A stretch of DNA of 64,000 nt from Basidiobolus meristosporus CBS 931.73 (taxonomy: Eukaryota > Fungi > Basidiobolomycota). Below are positions 38,540 to 52,411 of the stretch, in pieces. Where the stretch lies: NCBI GenBank assembly GCA_002104905.1, contig MCFE01000409.1, positions 15,941 to 79,940 on the forward strand, written 5' to 3'. Each line of letters begins with the position of its first letter. Position 1 is the first letter of the stretch. Below the pieces are notes generated by a model that was not told the origin of the DNA, searched no databases, and saw only the letters and a program-made list of their open reading frames with translations. The translations under genes and the position numbers were made by a program.

Positions 38540-41500
38540 AGTTCTCCCAGATTGGGCATCTTGAACTCTTTAGATAGGCTGGATTTAGTCAATTACAATG
38601 ATTCTAGGTTATTGGCGGCTATAATAAGATTATCATGTTGTAAAAGCTTGTATTTCTACCTAAATATTCACATAACTTAGTCACCTTATCATTGCCTTCA
38701 TATCCTAGAGAATACTGACCAAATTCCTTGTCAAGATTTACTTGAGATATTTTCATCAAAATATCAGGTACCCAGAACATGAAAATTCTCAAAGTTGTCC
38801 AAACAGCCTCAAACTTTACACACATGTTCATGGGACCTTCCTTAACCTATTCTATGTGTTTGCTACTCCAAGACCAGGTAAAAGTATAAATACTACTTTT
38901 ACATTCAATAATTCATTCAATAGATCATTAGTGAAAACCACATAATCTACTTGTTCTCCCCATCACTTCCAATATCTCCAAGACTCTTAAAACAGGTTAT
39001 GAGCCCCAAGCTGTCACTCTCTGCAATGTCTGCTACTGCTATGACTGGAATTTTTCCCTATGCTGAAAAGTTGGATGGATCTAACTACCAAGTGTGTAAG
39101 GTGAAGATGAAGATACTGCTACAAGAAAGAGGCCTTTGGGATATTTTCATGGGAGAAGAATGCCCTCCTAAAAATGTGGGAGAGGAAGCTTTGAAGTACC
39201 AGAAGAAAGAACAAAGTGCCTTTAGCTGCATTTGCCTTAATGTTAAAGACAAATTGCTAATTCAATGCTAAAGAGCAAAAACAGCAAAGAATGCCTGGAA
39301 GGCATTAAAAGACACCTACAAGTCATGTTCAGCTGCTAAGTAAATGTATCTGAGACAAAAATTCTTTACCACAAAGATGTTGCCAGGAGAAGAAATGAAA
39401 AATCTAATCAACAGAATTACCCTGCTGGTAGATGAGATGGAATTTGTGGGTGTATCAACTACTGATGAGGATGTGACAGTTACCATCCTGAATAGCCTGA
39501 CAGACAAGCTTCAGGGCCTTGTATCAGCCCTAGAGTTCAGAACTGAAGTTTTGACCTTAAATTACATATATGGAAGGCTCCTGGATGAAGAATTAAGAAA
39601 ATCAAGCGCAAATAAGAAGGAAGAAGAAAATGCTTTAATAAGCAATGATAACCAACAAAGGAGGTACCCTAAACCCTAAAAAGACAACAGCAACCTGTTT
39701 TGTAACTACTGTAAAAGGAAAGGACACACATCAGACTGGTGTCTCAAAAAAAATGATAATCAGCAAAAGAAGCCTGAATATGGAAATGCTGCAACAGCTG
39801 AAGATAGGCTATTCATATCTGCACTAAACATGACCACAAACAAGGATTCTCAGACGTGGTATATTGACTCTGGAGCATCTCAACACTTTACACACCAAAA
39901 GAACTTTTTACCCAATATCAAGAAATTCCAATTAAGAAGGTTTTCATAGGTGACAATAGCGCACTTGATGCAGTGGGAGAAGGAACTGTCCAAGTAAGCC
40001 TAAGAAGCATTCAAAGAAGCCGTACACTGACTTTCAGAGAAGTACTCTATGTACCAGGAATAGCCAAGAACCTACTATCTGTAAGCAAGGCCACTGCAGT
40101 AGGACTCAGTTTCAGCTTTGACAATTCTGGATGCAAGATCACTAATCAAAATGATGCCCATATTGCTTTGGGTATCAGAGATCAGAATCTACACAAGTTG
40201 ACTTATATTCCATCATATTTGGAAGCCAATATAAGTAACTTAAATGATGAAACACCAACACTTTGGTACAGGAGATTTGGGCACATTGATTTTGATTATT
40301 TGAGCATAATGATCAAAGATCAGCTAATTTCTGGAGTAAAATCTGATCACCCAGCTAATTTGGAGCACTGGAAGTCTCCATATATTGGAAACAAGCCAGA
40401 CAACCATTCAAGAGCTCTGGCTTAATCAAAACTAAGAAAAAATTAGATCTAATTCACTTAAATCTATGTGGACCTATGCAAAAAATATCTTTTGGTAGGA
40501 TGAAGTATTTAATCACTATTATTGATGATTCTACAAGATACATATGGGTCTACTTCATGGAGAGAAAGAAAGAAGCTCTGTCTAAGTTCAGGGAGTTTGA
40601 AGCCATGGTGGAGGGAGAAACTGGTGAAAAATCAAGAAAATATGCTCTGACAATGGTAGAGAATATACCTCAAAACTCTTCATCCACTTCTGCAAAATTC
40701 ATGGGATAAAGCAAGAGACTACCATACCATACTCCCCACAGCAAAATGGAGTAGCAAAATGTGCTAACAGAACAATAATTGATATGGCAAGATATATGAT
40801 CCATGATCAATAATTGTCCTGTGATTTTTGGGCAGAATCAGTTGCCACCGCTATGTATCTTAGAAATAGGAGTTATAACAGAATACTTTGTGATTCTACT
40901 CTACTTGAAGCATGGTATGGATACACACCAAGTGCAGAACATCTAAGAATATTTGGGTGTACAGCACACGCCAAGAAACTGCCCGGACATCAGTCAAAAT
41001 TTGAGCCAAAAAGTGTAAAATGCATATTTTTGGGCTACTGCAATGAGAGTAAAGCATACAGACTCTGACAATACCAAAGCAAAGAAGCTAATCAAGTCCA
41101 GGGATGTGTTGTTTGATGAGAACTTGGAATTTTCACAAAAAAGATATTGGATGATGACAAAAATCTGATCTCAAATCCACCATTTGTCAGGATTGAATCA
41201 GAGCAAAACAATGAGAATTTTTTTACTACAGAGGACTCTACAACCATGGTTCAGCCAGAATCAGTGCCTAGGAATATCCCAGAAGTGATCATCTCAGTAT
41301 CATATGCCCAGAGATCCAATTGGCCAAGAAATAGCCCAAATTACTGTATCAATGAGGGTACAAACTTAGCCTATGCCTATTCAGTCCATATTGATGAGCC
41401 CCAGATTGTAAAAGAGGCCCTAAATAGCCCTCAGAGAAAGTTTTGGAGATCTGCAATGTCTGAGTAATATCAGGCCCTGATGGAAAATCAAACTTGGGAC

Positions 41501-44500
41501 TTAGTCAAATTACCAATCAACCAAAAATCAATTAGATGCAGGTGGGTCTTCAAGACAAAATACAAGGCTGATGGTACAATTAAAAGATACAAAGCAAGAC
41601 TTGTAGCCAAAGGATACTCTCAACAAAAGGACTTGACTATTGTGAGACCTTTGCACCGGTAGCCAAGTTTAATTCCATCAGATTAATATTGGCTATTGCA
41701 GCCAAATATAAGTTTTTTATTCATCAAATGGATGTAAAGCTGCATTTTTGAATGAAGAGCTTGATGAGGATGTGTATATGGACTAGCCTGATGGGCTTAC
41801 TGGCCAAGATAATCCCCATTTGGTTGGCAAGCATAAAAAGTCACTATATGGTCTCAAACAATCACCAAGAGCCTGAAATTGCAAGATAGAATCTTATTTG
41901 GAATCTTTGAGTTTCAAAAGGAGTAATGCTAACAGTGATGTATACTATAAGCCAGATAGAGCAAATCCAGCTCTATTAGCTCTATATGTGGATGATCTTA
42001 TTATAGCTGCCAATAACCTAGAAACATTGGAAGAGACAAAATCCAGCCTATCTAAAGAGTTCAAGATGTCTGATCTAGGAGAACTCAGTTACTACTTAAG
42101 GACTAAGTTCTCCATAGACAGAAGTATCCAGACTATTACCATAAGCCAATCCAAATATATGTAAGATATACTAAAGAAGTACTAAATGGAAGACTGTAAA
42201 CCAGCAGCTACCCCAATGGAGGCAAACCTTAACTTGGTCAAAACTCAACCAAATCAAGAGAGCTTGGTGCCATCTGAAAGCCCTGACTTTCCTTATGAGT
42301 CTATGGTTGGCAGTCTGATGTATATCATGCTTGGAACATGTCCAGATATCTCATATTCAGTGGGAGTTGTCAGCCAACGTTATCAGAACTATGGATCTGA
42401 TTATATTGCAGCAGTAAAGCGGATTTTTAGATACTTAAAAGGAACTGCTGATATCTACTTAAGATACACTTATAAGGATTCAGAACAGGATCTTGTGGGA
42501 TACTCTGATGCTCATTGGGGACAAAATTTGGAAGACAGAAGATCTACCACAGTATACACCTTTCTTTACTGCAAAGGAGCAATTTCATGGAACTCAAGAA
42601 AGCAACCAACTGTAGCACTTTCTACCACAGCGGCAGAGTATATGGCAGCCTGTGAAGTTACAAAATAAGCAATGTGGCTAAGAAAGCTTTTCAAAGATTT
42701 AGGCCTATGTCAAAAAATGCCTATTACTTTATTTCAAGATGATCAAGGATGTATACAATTAGGTAGAAATCCAACTTTTCATGCTAGAACCAAGTGCATA
42801 GATATTAGACATCATTCATACGTGAAGCTATAGATTATAACTTAGTTAGCTTAGTTTACTTTCCTACAGATGAAATGATTGCAGATATATTTACCAAACC
42901 ATTAGCTAGTGGCAAGTTTGAATATCTTAGGTCAGAATTAGGACTAGTCAGTATGAACATTTAGCTGAGTGGGAGTATTGTAAAAATTTGTATTTCCACC
43001 TAAATACTCACATAACTTAGTCACTTTATCATTACCTTCATATTCTAGAGAATACTGACCAAATTCCTTGTCAAGATTTACTTGAGATATTTTCACCAAA
43101 ATACCAGGTACCCAGAACATGAAAATTCTCAAAGTTGTTCAAACAGTCCCAAGCTTTGCACACATGCTCCTGGGACCTTCCTTAACCTATTTTATGTGTC
43201 TGTAATGTCAATACCATGTAAAAGTATAAATACTACTTATACATTCAATAAATCATTAAGTGAAAACCACATAATCTACTTGTTCTCCCAATCACTTCCA
43301 ATATCTCCAAGACTCTTACAACACATCAGCATATAGAGCTAATAGAACTGGATTTGCTATATCTGACATATAGTATATGCTATAGTCAGCAATATTTCTT
43401 ATGAATCTCAAAGATTCCAAATAAGAATCTATTTTGCAATTCCAGGCTCTTGTTGATTGTTTGAGTCCATATAGTGACTTTTTGGGCCTGCAGACCAAAT
43501 GGGGGCTATCTTGGTCAACAAACCCATCAGACTGGTCCATATACACGTCCTCATTAAGTTCTTCATTCAAAAATGCAGCTTCTACATCCATTTGATGTAT
43601 AAAAAACTTATATTTGGCTGCTACAGCAAGTGTGAATTGGATGGAATCAAACTTGGCTACCAGTGCAAAGGCCACAACATAGTCAATTCCTTTCAATTGA
43701 GAGTATTCTTTTGCCACAAAGCTTGCTTTGTACCTCTCAGCTGTACCATCAGTCATGTATTTTGTCTTAGAGACCCTTCTGCATCTAATTGATTTTTGGG
43801 TGACTGTTGACTTGACCAAGTCCCAAGTTTGATTTTCCATTAAGGCCTGATATTCTTCATTCATTACAGTTCTCCAAACTTTGTCTGAGTAACTCAAGCT
43901 ATTTCTTGTCCAGTGGGATCTTCAGGAATTTGATATGGAAATAATCACTTCTGGGATATTCCTGGGTACTGCTTCAGGGTGAACCATTGATGTAGAGTCC
44001 TCTCAAGTGAAAATATTCTTGTTGTTTTGCTCTGATTCAATCCTGACAATTTGTGGACTGGAAATCCAATTTTATCATCATCTGACATCATTTTTTGTGA
44101 ATGTATTGAATTTTCAGCAAGCAGCACATCCTTGGACCTGGTCAGCTTCTTTGCTTTGGTATTGTAGAGTTTGTATGCTTTACCCTCATTGCAGTAGCCC
44201 AAAAATATGTGTTTTACACTTTTTGGCTCAAATCTTGGCTGATTTCCAGGCAGTGTCTTGGCATATGCTGACACCCAAATATTCTTACATGTTCTGCATG
44301 TGGTTGGAGTAGAATAACAAAGCATTCTGTTGTAACTTCTATTTTTAAGGTAAACAGCTGTGGCAACTGATTCCACACAAAAACCATAGGATGATGTCTC
44401 ATAATGGGTCAGAGATCTTGACATATCAATTGTTGCTCTCATTGCTCATTCTGCTACTCCATTTTGCTGTGGGGAGTATGGTAAAGTAGTATCTTGCTTT

Positions 44501-46561
44501 ATCCCATGAGCTTTGCAGAGGTGGATGAAGAGTTTTCAGGTATATTCTTTGCCATTTTCAGAGCATACCATCTTGATTTTTTCACCAGTTTTTCTCTCCA
44601 CCATGGCTTTGAGCTCCCTGAGCAAAGATAGAGCTTCATCCTTTCTCTCCCTGAAGTAGACCCATGTGTATCTTGTATAATCATCACTAAAACAAACCAA
44701 ATATACTATCCCACCTAAGGATAAATATGCATAGGTCCACACAGATCTGAGTGAAATTGATCTAGTTTCTTCTTAGTTTTCATTAATCTGGAGCTCTTGA
44801 GCAGTTGTCTGGCTTATTTCCCATGTATGCAGGCTTCACAGTGCTCCAATTAAGCTGGGGGATTGATTACTACTCTGGATATTAGCTGATCTTTAATCAT
44901 CTTGTGCCAATGATCAAAATTGATATGTCCAAATCTCCTGTGCCAGAATATTGGTGTTTCTTCATTCAAGCCATCATATTGGCTTCCAGATACTATATAA
45001 TATAAGTCAGCTTGTACAGATTCTGATCTCTAGTGCCCAAAGCAACATGAACACCATTTTGATCAGTGATCCTCCATTCAGAACTATCAAAGCTGAAACT
45101 GAGTCCTTCTGCTGTGGCCTTGCTTACAGACAGTGGGTTCATGGTTATTTCAGGTACATAGAGTAGCACTTTAAAGGTCAGTGTATGGCTTCCTTTACTG
45201 CTTCTAAGGTTTACTTGGTTAGTTCCTTCTCCCACTGCATCAAGAGTTCTAATGTCATCCACAAAAACCTTCTTGATTGAAATTTCTTGATATTGGGTAA
45301 GAAGTTCTTTTTGGTGTGTAAAGTGTGAGATGCTCAAGAGTCAGTATACCATGTCTGAGAATCCTGTTTTGTAGTCATAAATAGCTCAGATATGAATAGT
45401 CTACCGTCAGTTGTTGCTAAATTTCCATATTCAGGCATTTTCTGCTGACTATCTCACTTTTTCAAGCACCAGTCTGATGCAGGTCCTTTCCTTTTGCAGT
45501 TGTTGCAAAACAGGTTGGTATTATCTTTAAAAGGTCATGTGTATCTGCTTTGATGGTTGTCATTGCTTATTAAAGCATTTTCTTCTTCCTTCTTATTGGA
45601 GCTTGATTGTCTTAATTCTTCATCCAGGAGCCTTCCATATACATAATTTAAGGTCAAATCTTCAGTTCTGGCCTCTAGGGCTGATACAAGGCACTGAAAC
45701 CTGTCTGTCAGGCTATTCAGGATGGCAACTATTACATCCTTATCAGTAGTTGGTATGACCACATATTTCATCTCATCCACCAGAAGGGTGATTATGTTAT
45801 TTAGATGAATAATTTCTTCTCCTGATAGCATCTTTGTAGTAAAGAATTCTTGTCTGAGATACATTTTCTTGGCAGCTAAACATGACTGGTAGGTGTCTTC
45901 TAATGCCTTCCAGGGACTCTTTGCTGTTTTTGCTCTTGAGCATTGAATTAGCAATTTGTTCTTGACATTAAGGCAAATGCATTTAAAGGCACTTTGTTCT
46001 TTCATTTTGTACTTTAAGGATTTCTCTCCCATGTTTTTAAGAGGGCATTCTACTCCCATGACAATATCCCAGAGTCCTCTTTCTTGAAGTAACAACTTCA
46101 TCATCACCGTTCATACTTGGTGGCTATATCCATCCAAGCTTTCAGTAGACAGAAAAATTCCAGTGATAGCAGTGGTAAACACTGCAAAGAGTGACAGCTT
46201 GGGGCTTATAACATGCTGTTGGAATCTTGGAGATATTGGAAGTAATTGGGAGATCAAGTAGAGTATGTGGTCTTCACTGAATGATCTATTGAATGTAAAA
46301 GTAGTATTAAAACTTTTACACAGTATTGGCATAAAAAACACATAGAATAGGTTGATGAAGGTCTCAAGAGCATGTGTGCAAAGTTTGGGCTGTTTGGATA
46401 ACTTTGAGAATTTTCATGTTCTGGGTACCTGATATATTGGTGAAAATATTCCAAGTAAATCCAGACAAGGAATTTGGTCAGTATTCTCTAGGATTGGAAG
46501 GTAATGGTCTCAGTGACTAAGCTAGGAGAAAATTTAGGTGGAATTTTAAACTTCTACAACA
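38540..46561 (-). mobile_element. Older copia-B element interrupted by a younger copia-B
   Basis: 5' LTR at ~46217-46561, gag at 45535-46107, integrase and RT remnants to 43324. The RT sequence continues at 38635 across the nested element. Confidence 0.8.
38636..43323 (+). mobile_element. Full-length but decayed Ty1/copia element, family B
   Basis: LTRs at 38636-38994 and 42976-43323 (TGTTGTAA...TTACAACA consensus), PBS GGTTATGAGCCCC, PPT GAGTGGGAG, TSD TATCA/CATCA. Gag-pol is fragmented by many stops. Confidence 0.92.
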
Positions 46562-47429
46562 TGCCAAGGTCAATTATTACACACTGCTGCCATTTTGACA
46601 GCCTCATTGCAGGATCCTGATGGCTGGCCCATGTTAGATCCAATCATGTGACTTATTGCTTTCACAAGGTGAGTGTGAGACATCTTTTGGCCTGCCTGAG
46701 TATTTGAAATATGGTAAATACAGTGATAGCTCAGAAGTAGAAGGCTCACCAGCAAATTGTGAGCCTATCTTCCCTCACAACATTATCCTGCAAGAAACCT
46801 GCAAAACTTCCATATGCAACAAGATATCACCTGTGGAAAAAATGCCAAGCATACTCTATGGAGCCAAGTGAGCCCAGTAATCCACTCAATAGTAAAGGAT
46901 GTGATGTTGTGGCCCATAAAGTGATGTATTTTCACTAATATCAGTAATAGGCCCTATGAAAAATAATTTGGTCCCACAGATGGATCCGGTCTGGATCATC
47001 CGTCAAGATCCCATTTAGAGACCATCATAATAACAGCAGCTTGGAATTAGTGACCCTCCTGACAATCTTATAACAAGATCATGACGGTGTTTTGCAAATT
47101 TTACAGCCAAATAAAGGGATAAAGCTTGGCAATTTTTGATTGGTGCTGTGAGAATATTTGCATGGCATTGTTGCGGTCTTTCAGCGCTCTATTAATATTT
47201 TGGGTGGATCCAGTTGGCCAGGACTTCCAATTGCCTTCTATGACAAGAAACTTGACGGTATTTCAACAGCCTCACAGCAAGACTCTGATGGCTTTTTCTT
47301 GGCAGCATGATGGCCTGCCGCTGGTTCTGTATAATGCTACCGTATTAAATTACCAAATGGTATTTCCTTTTTCTACCTCCCCTTGTGCAGTTCATATATT
47401 CCACTGTAGAATCACCTTTCTTTATTTGC

Positions 47430-50120
47430 TTACCCACTACTACCTTGGGTATTCCACATATAGTTCAAATCAAAAAAAACTATAGCCTCCTGCTTACTAA
47501 CCTCTACAAACATGCACACCTGCTGCAATTGACATACTTCTATCACCTCAACTTTATGACTTTTTAGTGTGATACTTGCAAAGTTGCCAAATACCTTGTA
47601 CTGCTGGTGGCATATACATCTTGCAAACATATGCTTGGTTGTTCCCACTTCTGCCATGAATACCTCCTGAATATCCGCAAAGAACTTCTTGGTATTTAGC
47701 CAATATATTCCTTCTCTGTGCTGGATTCTAGTCCCCCTTATAGGTGCGCTCTGGCTTTTGTTTGTGTGAACTCTGTATTGAATGGTGTAGAAGTTGGCTT
47801 GTGACCACAAGAAATCTGGCATATCTTGGTGGAGTTTTCTTGATAAAAATTAGTTGCTTGTTTCCCCCAACCCAACTTTGTATTACTTCACTGTTTACCC
47901 ACGCATTGGGGCTGCTTAGCTTCTTAATGCCATAGGCATAGGTGTCTCCATGTGCACATTTTTCCTCAGTATTTTCCAACTCTTTCTGGCTGTTGTCCAT
48001 GTGCCAACTCATCACATCCATGACAGACTTGAAGGTAATGTTCTTGATGAGATTGGGATATGGTAGTACCTGCAACTTGACTTGTCTTCCTATCTCCCCA
48101 CACATCCGCTCCATAGGAAACTCCCAAAAGGTGAAGCAAGGCCCAATATTCTCCACACACCATGCAAGATTGAGTAGAGAATGTATACAGTAGCGGCAGA
48201 GATCTACACGTTCAGCTTTATGTTTGTAGTATAGCCGCTCAAATCCCATCATAAACTCCTCACACAACAGCTGTAGATGCGTCAAGTTGACATTGGTGAT
48301 CTGCTTCTGGATAAATATTCCTACAATGTCCACATATGACTCCCAATGCTTCCAATGTACTCTTGGTAGGAATGGCTTCAGAACACCACTTGAATAAATA
48401 CATATCCAGCTCATCCAGTCTTTGCATTTGTATTGTTGCATATGCGTATAAATATTAATTGGAGCCCGTGAGAAGTACTTAGGGTAGCAGATACTCTGTA
48501 ATATCTTGCCAATTCTTTCAAATTTCTCCAGTATTTTGAAGGGCTCATTTAGCTTGAAATGCCCCATGTACAACTTGGTCATCAGTAAAGCAATATCGCT
48601 GAAAAGCAAATGCATTGCTCCCTGTGGAATGCTTTTGCTCCAACAGATACCCTCTATCTTAAGTATCTCCGGTTTCCAATTGATTCCATATTTCAGCCAA
48701 TGGCTTATAGCTTGCTTACTTTGCTGCAATTGCATGCTTACTTCTGTATGTTGTCTCTGTGGAAAGATGATGCTCTTAGTGCTGGTGTTTGGGTAATAAT
48801 AATGTGTGTGAGTTATGGAGTAAATCCCTTGGATCTCACACATTTGACAGCAATACTGGCCATTGTGCCCAGAAAAACCTGCTATCTTGCTGATGGCTGG
48901 GGTATCTCCAATACAGATAATAATATGCAATTATACATGACAGCCATTTACCTTTATCCCACTGGAAAGCATACAAAACTCATTCAGCAATGGATACAGG
49001 TAGCTATCCAGGTTGGACGGTGATTTAGGCCCAGATACCAGTGAGACTACCATCAGAGTATTGCTCTGATGCCATAAAATGGGCAGCAGATTCAGATTGA
49101 CGAGAATCAGTGGCCAGCAGGATTTGCTGGTAGAGTACTTGTTTAATGAGAATCCATCAAGTGCTAAAGCAAAGGCATGGTCATACATACCTTCAAAGTA
49201 GCCCTTGCTTCTTAGCTGTTTGTAATGTTTGCCATCAAATACATTGGATATGTATGCACTTGATTGATACTGAGTGCGGTACTGTATAGCTTTGCAATAT
49301 TTGTTGGACTGCATCAGCTTCCTCAGACGGGGTATGACCGGAATATGTCCGGAGTGTGAACAATGTATTCCCTCAATGGTGGTGGATTCCTGACAGTTTG
49401 GACTTGTTGCAATGGTAGCATTTTTGGATGTGAATGCCATGCAACTTTAACTCATGCTGGAATCAGGACAGTCTCTAGATCATATGTTGCCAGCCACGTG
49501 ACAGTTGTCCACTTGTACCATGTACATGGTAAGTTGCATCCCGGTATGATTTTGGCAAGAAGTAGTAATAAATCCTCAAAGCCCCCATTACTGATATTAG
49601 TGGAAATGCACCACTTCTCTAGCCACAACATTACATCATCCACCAGTAGATGGATTACTGGGCTCACTGGGCTCCATAAAGTATCCTTGGCATTTGTTTC
49701 AATGGGTGTTGTCTCATTGCATATAGGGATTTGACCAGGCTGATATGTGGTATTGTTGTTAGGGGAGATAGGCTTGAAATCCATCAGTGAACCTTCTTTG
49801 TCAGAGCTATCACTCTGCGTGCCATATTCAGAAGGCTGAGGTGAGCCTAAAGGTGTCAAAAACTCACCTGACTCAGTTTGCGCAAGGTGACAAAGACGGC
49901 CAGGTACCAATATAGAAGTATCAACTGGCCAGCAAGATAATGTAGGTACAGTAGTGACCAATGAATGGTCAAATATGACTTGGGTGGCAAAACACTGGCC
50001 ATGATCCTTGTAATACTTCCCATGCTGTCTGCATGCTTCATGGCTGAGAGGCTTGCCACAATAGCCACATGGTCTTTTTTCTCTTCTCTTATGGTGTTGA
50101 GTCAGAGTAGTCTTGTCCAT
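47430..50120 (-). pseudogene. Transposase, tnp2/Transposase_21 type, near-intact
   Basis: Motifs C..C..C, VFDGKHYKQL, ALALDGFSL, CWPLILVNLNL, GPKSPSNLDSYLYPLL, IGDTPA, GHNG...C..C, MHLLF, GP...FWEFPMERMCG. Lesions: TGA plus a 1-nt deletion at 49441-49454 and TAA at 48931-48933. The C-terminus switches frame at ~47800. Confidence 0.92.
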
Positions 50121-50341
50121 GGGGCAAACAGTTTGACCTTCAACAACGTATGCTATTATATCACTTTTTGGTCAATACTCATGTGAACTTAAGACAGTCT
50201 TGTATTTGAGACATTGCACCTACATGTATGTAAGACTCAATGATGACCCGCCATAGTAAGCATTATAAATAAAGTTGTGGCACCATGTACACACGTATAT
50301 GTAACACTATTTCCCCTTTGGTTTGACTCACTTCCATATAT

Positions 50342-52411
50342 ATGCCGCCAAAAAATAAAGCAAAGTTGTCGGGTTCTCAACCAAACCCCACCGCTGATGG
50401 CAAGAGAAGAACGGTTGGACAACAGCTTGCTTTGATATTTAGTGCAACAAGCAGGGCTACATCCAAAAAAGGCCCTGTGGACAGTGTGCCCATTGAAGGT
50501 AATAATGCGGACTCCTTAGGCCCTCAGTCAAGTAGGCAATTGAGAACCTCTGCGGAGCCACAAGCTGACCATTATGCTCAGGCAGATGAGAATGTAGCAA
50601 ATGCAGTACCCTCTGTTGAAGATCAGCAAGTGGCCATGATAACATCACCACCTCCCATATTAGCAAGTATGTTGTCAGCTCATACCAAAGCATTAATGAA
50701 GCAATTAGGTGCAGTGGCTGATAGGACAGATGCAATGGCCCAGAGAAATCAGGGAGTAGTCAAGAAACAGGATGAGTGGATAATACGTGTAGAGCAATCA
50801 ATATCCCATGTAGAGAAAGCAGTATCTTTGCTGCAAAGAAGGAACTCAAGTAGCTCAATGTCACAGCCAAGAATTGAGCCATTTCTTGATGTAACAGCAG
50901 AGGAACACCGTACAGTCTTTGAAGCACAACAACAGTGCCCAAAGATAAAACCCACAGAAAAACCTATCACAGCATGTGAGGGAGACAATGTGGTGTTTAT
51001 ATCAAAACCTAAAAATCAAAAGACATTGAAGATCCATGAAGCCGTTGAATGCAATAATGAAGAGTGGGCTAATATACAAGAGGCCATCAGAAGTCTAGCA
51101 CGTTATCACCTTAAGGCCAGCATACCACGCGGCTATCAGGAACTCAAGGCTAAGCTGAATGCGCTTGACTTGTTCCATGAGCATTATCCTGGATTCATAC
51201 AGGCAAACAGATTTTGGGCCAGTATTGGTATGCTAAGAAAGTTTCTTAAGAATAGCAGAAACTATCAAAGGCAGAAGAACAAGGGTGCCATGGCTAAAAA
51301 TCAGCGGCTTCCTCAAGTGCCCATTACAAGCAGGGCCAAAAGCTCTAGACAAGCATCAAAGAGATGTCAGGCAGCTAGAAGAGTGTCAATTAAGGACAAG
51401 CAGGCAGACATGGATGCTCCAGCACAACATTTATCAAGGAAAAAGCGTAGTACCACTCAAGAAGCACCTAGTCAAAGTAGCAGTGAAGGACCTGGCAGTG
51501 AGAAAAACCAGCTGCTTTTACAGGAGCCCATCACTACTACAGTTGAGAGCTCAAAACAAGCTGAAAAGAAACATCAGGTTGCCAGAAGAGTGTTAGCAAG
51601 GGACAAGCAGGCCAAAACAGATGTGTCAGAGCAGAATTTATCCAGGAGAAAACGTAGTTCTTTACAAGAAGCACTCAGACAAAGTAGCAGTGAAAGACCT
51701 GGCAGCGATAAAGGAAAAGGTAAAGGGAATAATGTCTACCCAAGCCTGAGACAGGGAGTCATGCAAAAAAAACTGCAGATCTGGCCAATTAATGCTGCAA
51801 GCCCGGAACAGACTGAATCCCATCATAGCCAAGAATAATTACCAACAAGAAAACAGCTGTTTTCACAAGAGTTGGAAGCGCAGCCAGTTGAGCTACACTC
51901 CAGCAAGGTAGATGAGTTTGCTGAAAATGGCAACTTGTCTACCACAGCCTCCACAGCCTCCATTGTTGACAGAGTGGAGATCTCACTGACAGACAAGGCT
52001 ACAATGTCAAGAGCTCAAAAGACTATCACAATGCCTTCAGTGGAGTTTTGGAACATTAATAGGCACACCAAGAGGTTGCAGCACTTCTTCAAGAGTGGTG
52101 CTCAAGAAAACGCACTGGAATATTGCAAGAATTTATTGCAAAGACCGGCAGATGAGGAGCTAGACCTTGCAGTGCCGGCTGAAGACCAGCACATGTGGGA
52201 ACCAGTGAATGAACAGTGGCATAAAGCCATTGGGTGCCTGCCAAAGTCTTGGAACCAGAGCATTACAGCAGAAATACTTATTGAGTGGTGGATTTTAATG
52301 GAGTTACTTGTTGAGTGTGGGGTTGGGCTTAATGTTAGTGTAGGGTATAGAGACTTGTATAGGTCAATACAATTGGCAATTGAGGTGCAACTGAAGTTTG
52401 AACAGAAATAA
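50342..52411 (+). pseudogene. CMC accessory ORF2 (~689 aa), unknown function
   Basis: ORFs 50342-51838 and 51872-52411 are in frame. The TAA at 51836 is GAA in the copies at ~8605 and ~28455. It has a coiled-coil-like segment, a conserved helical domain and two basic repeats. Confidence 0.8.
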
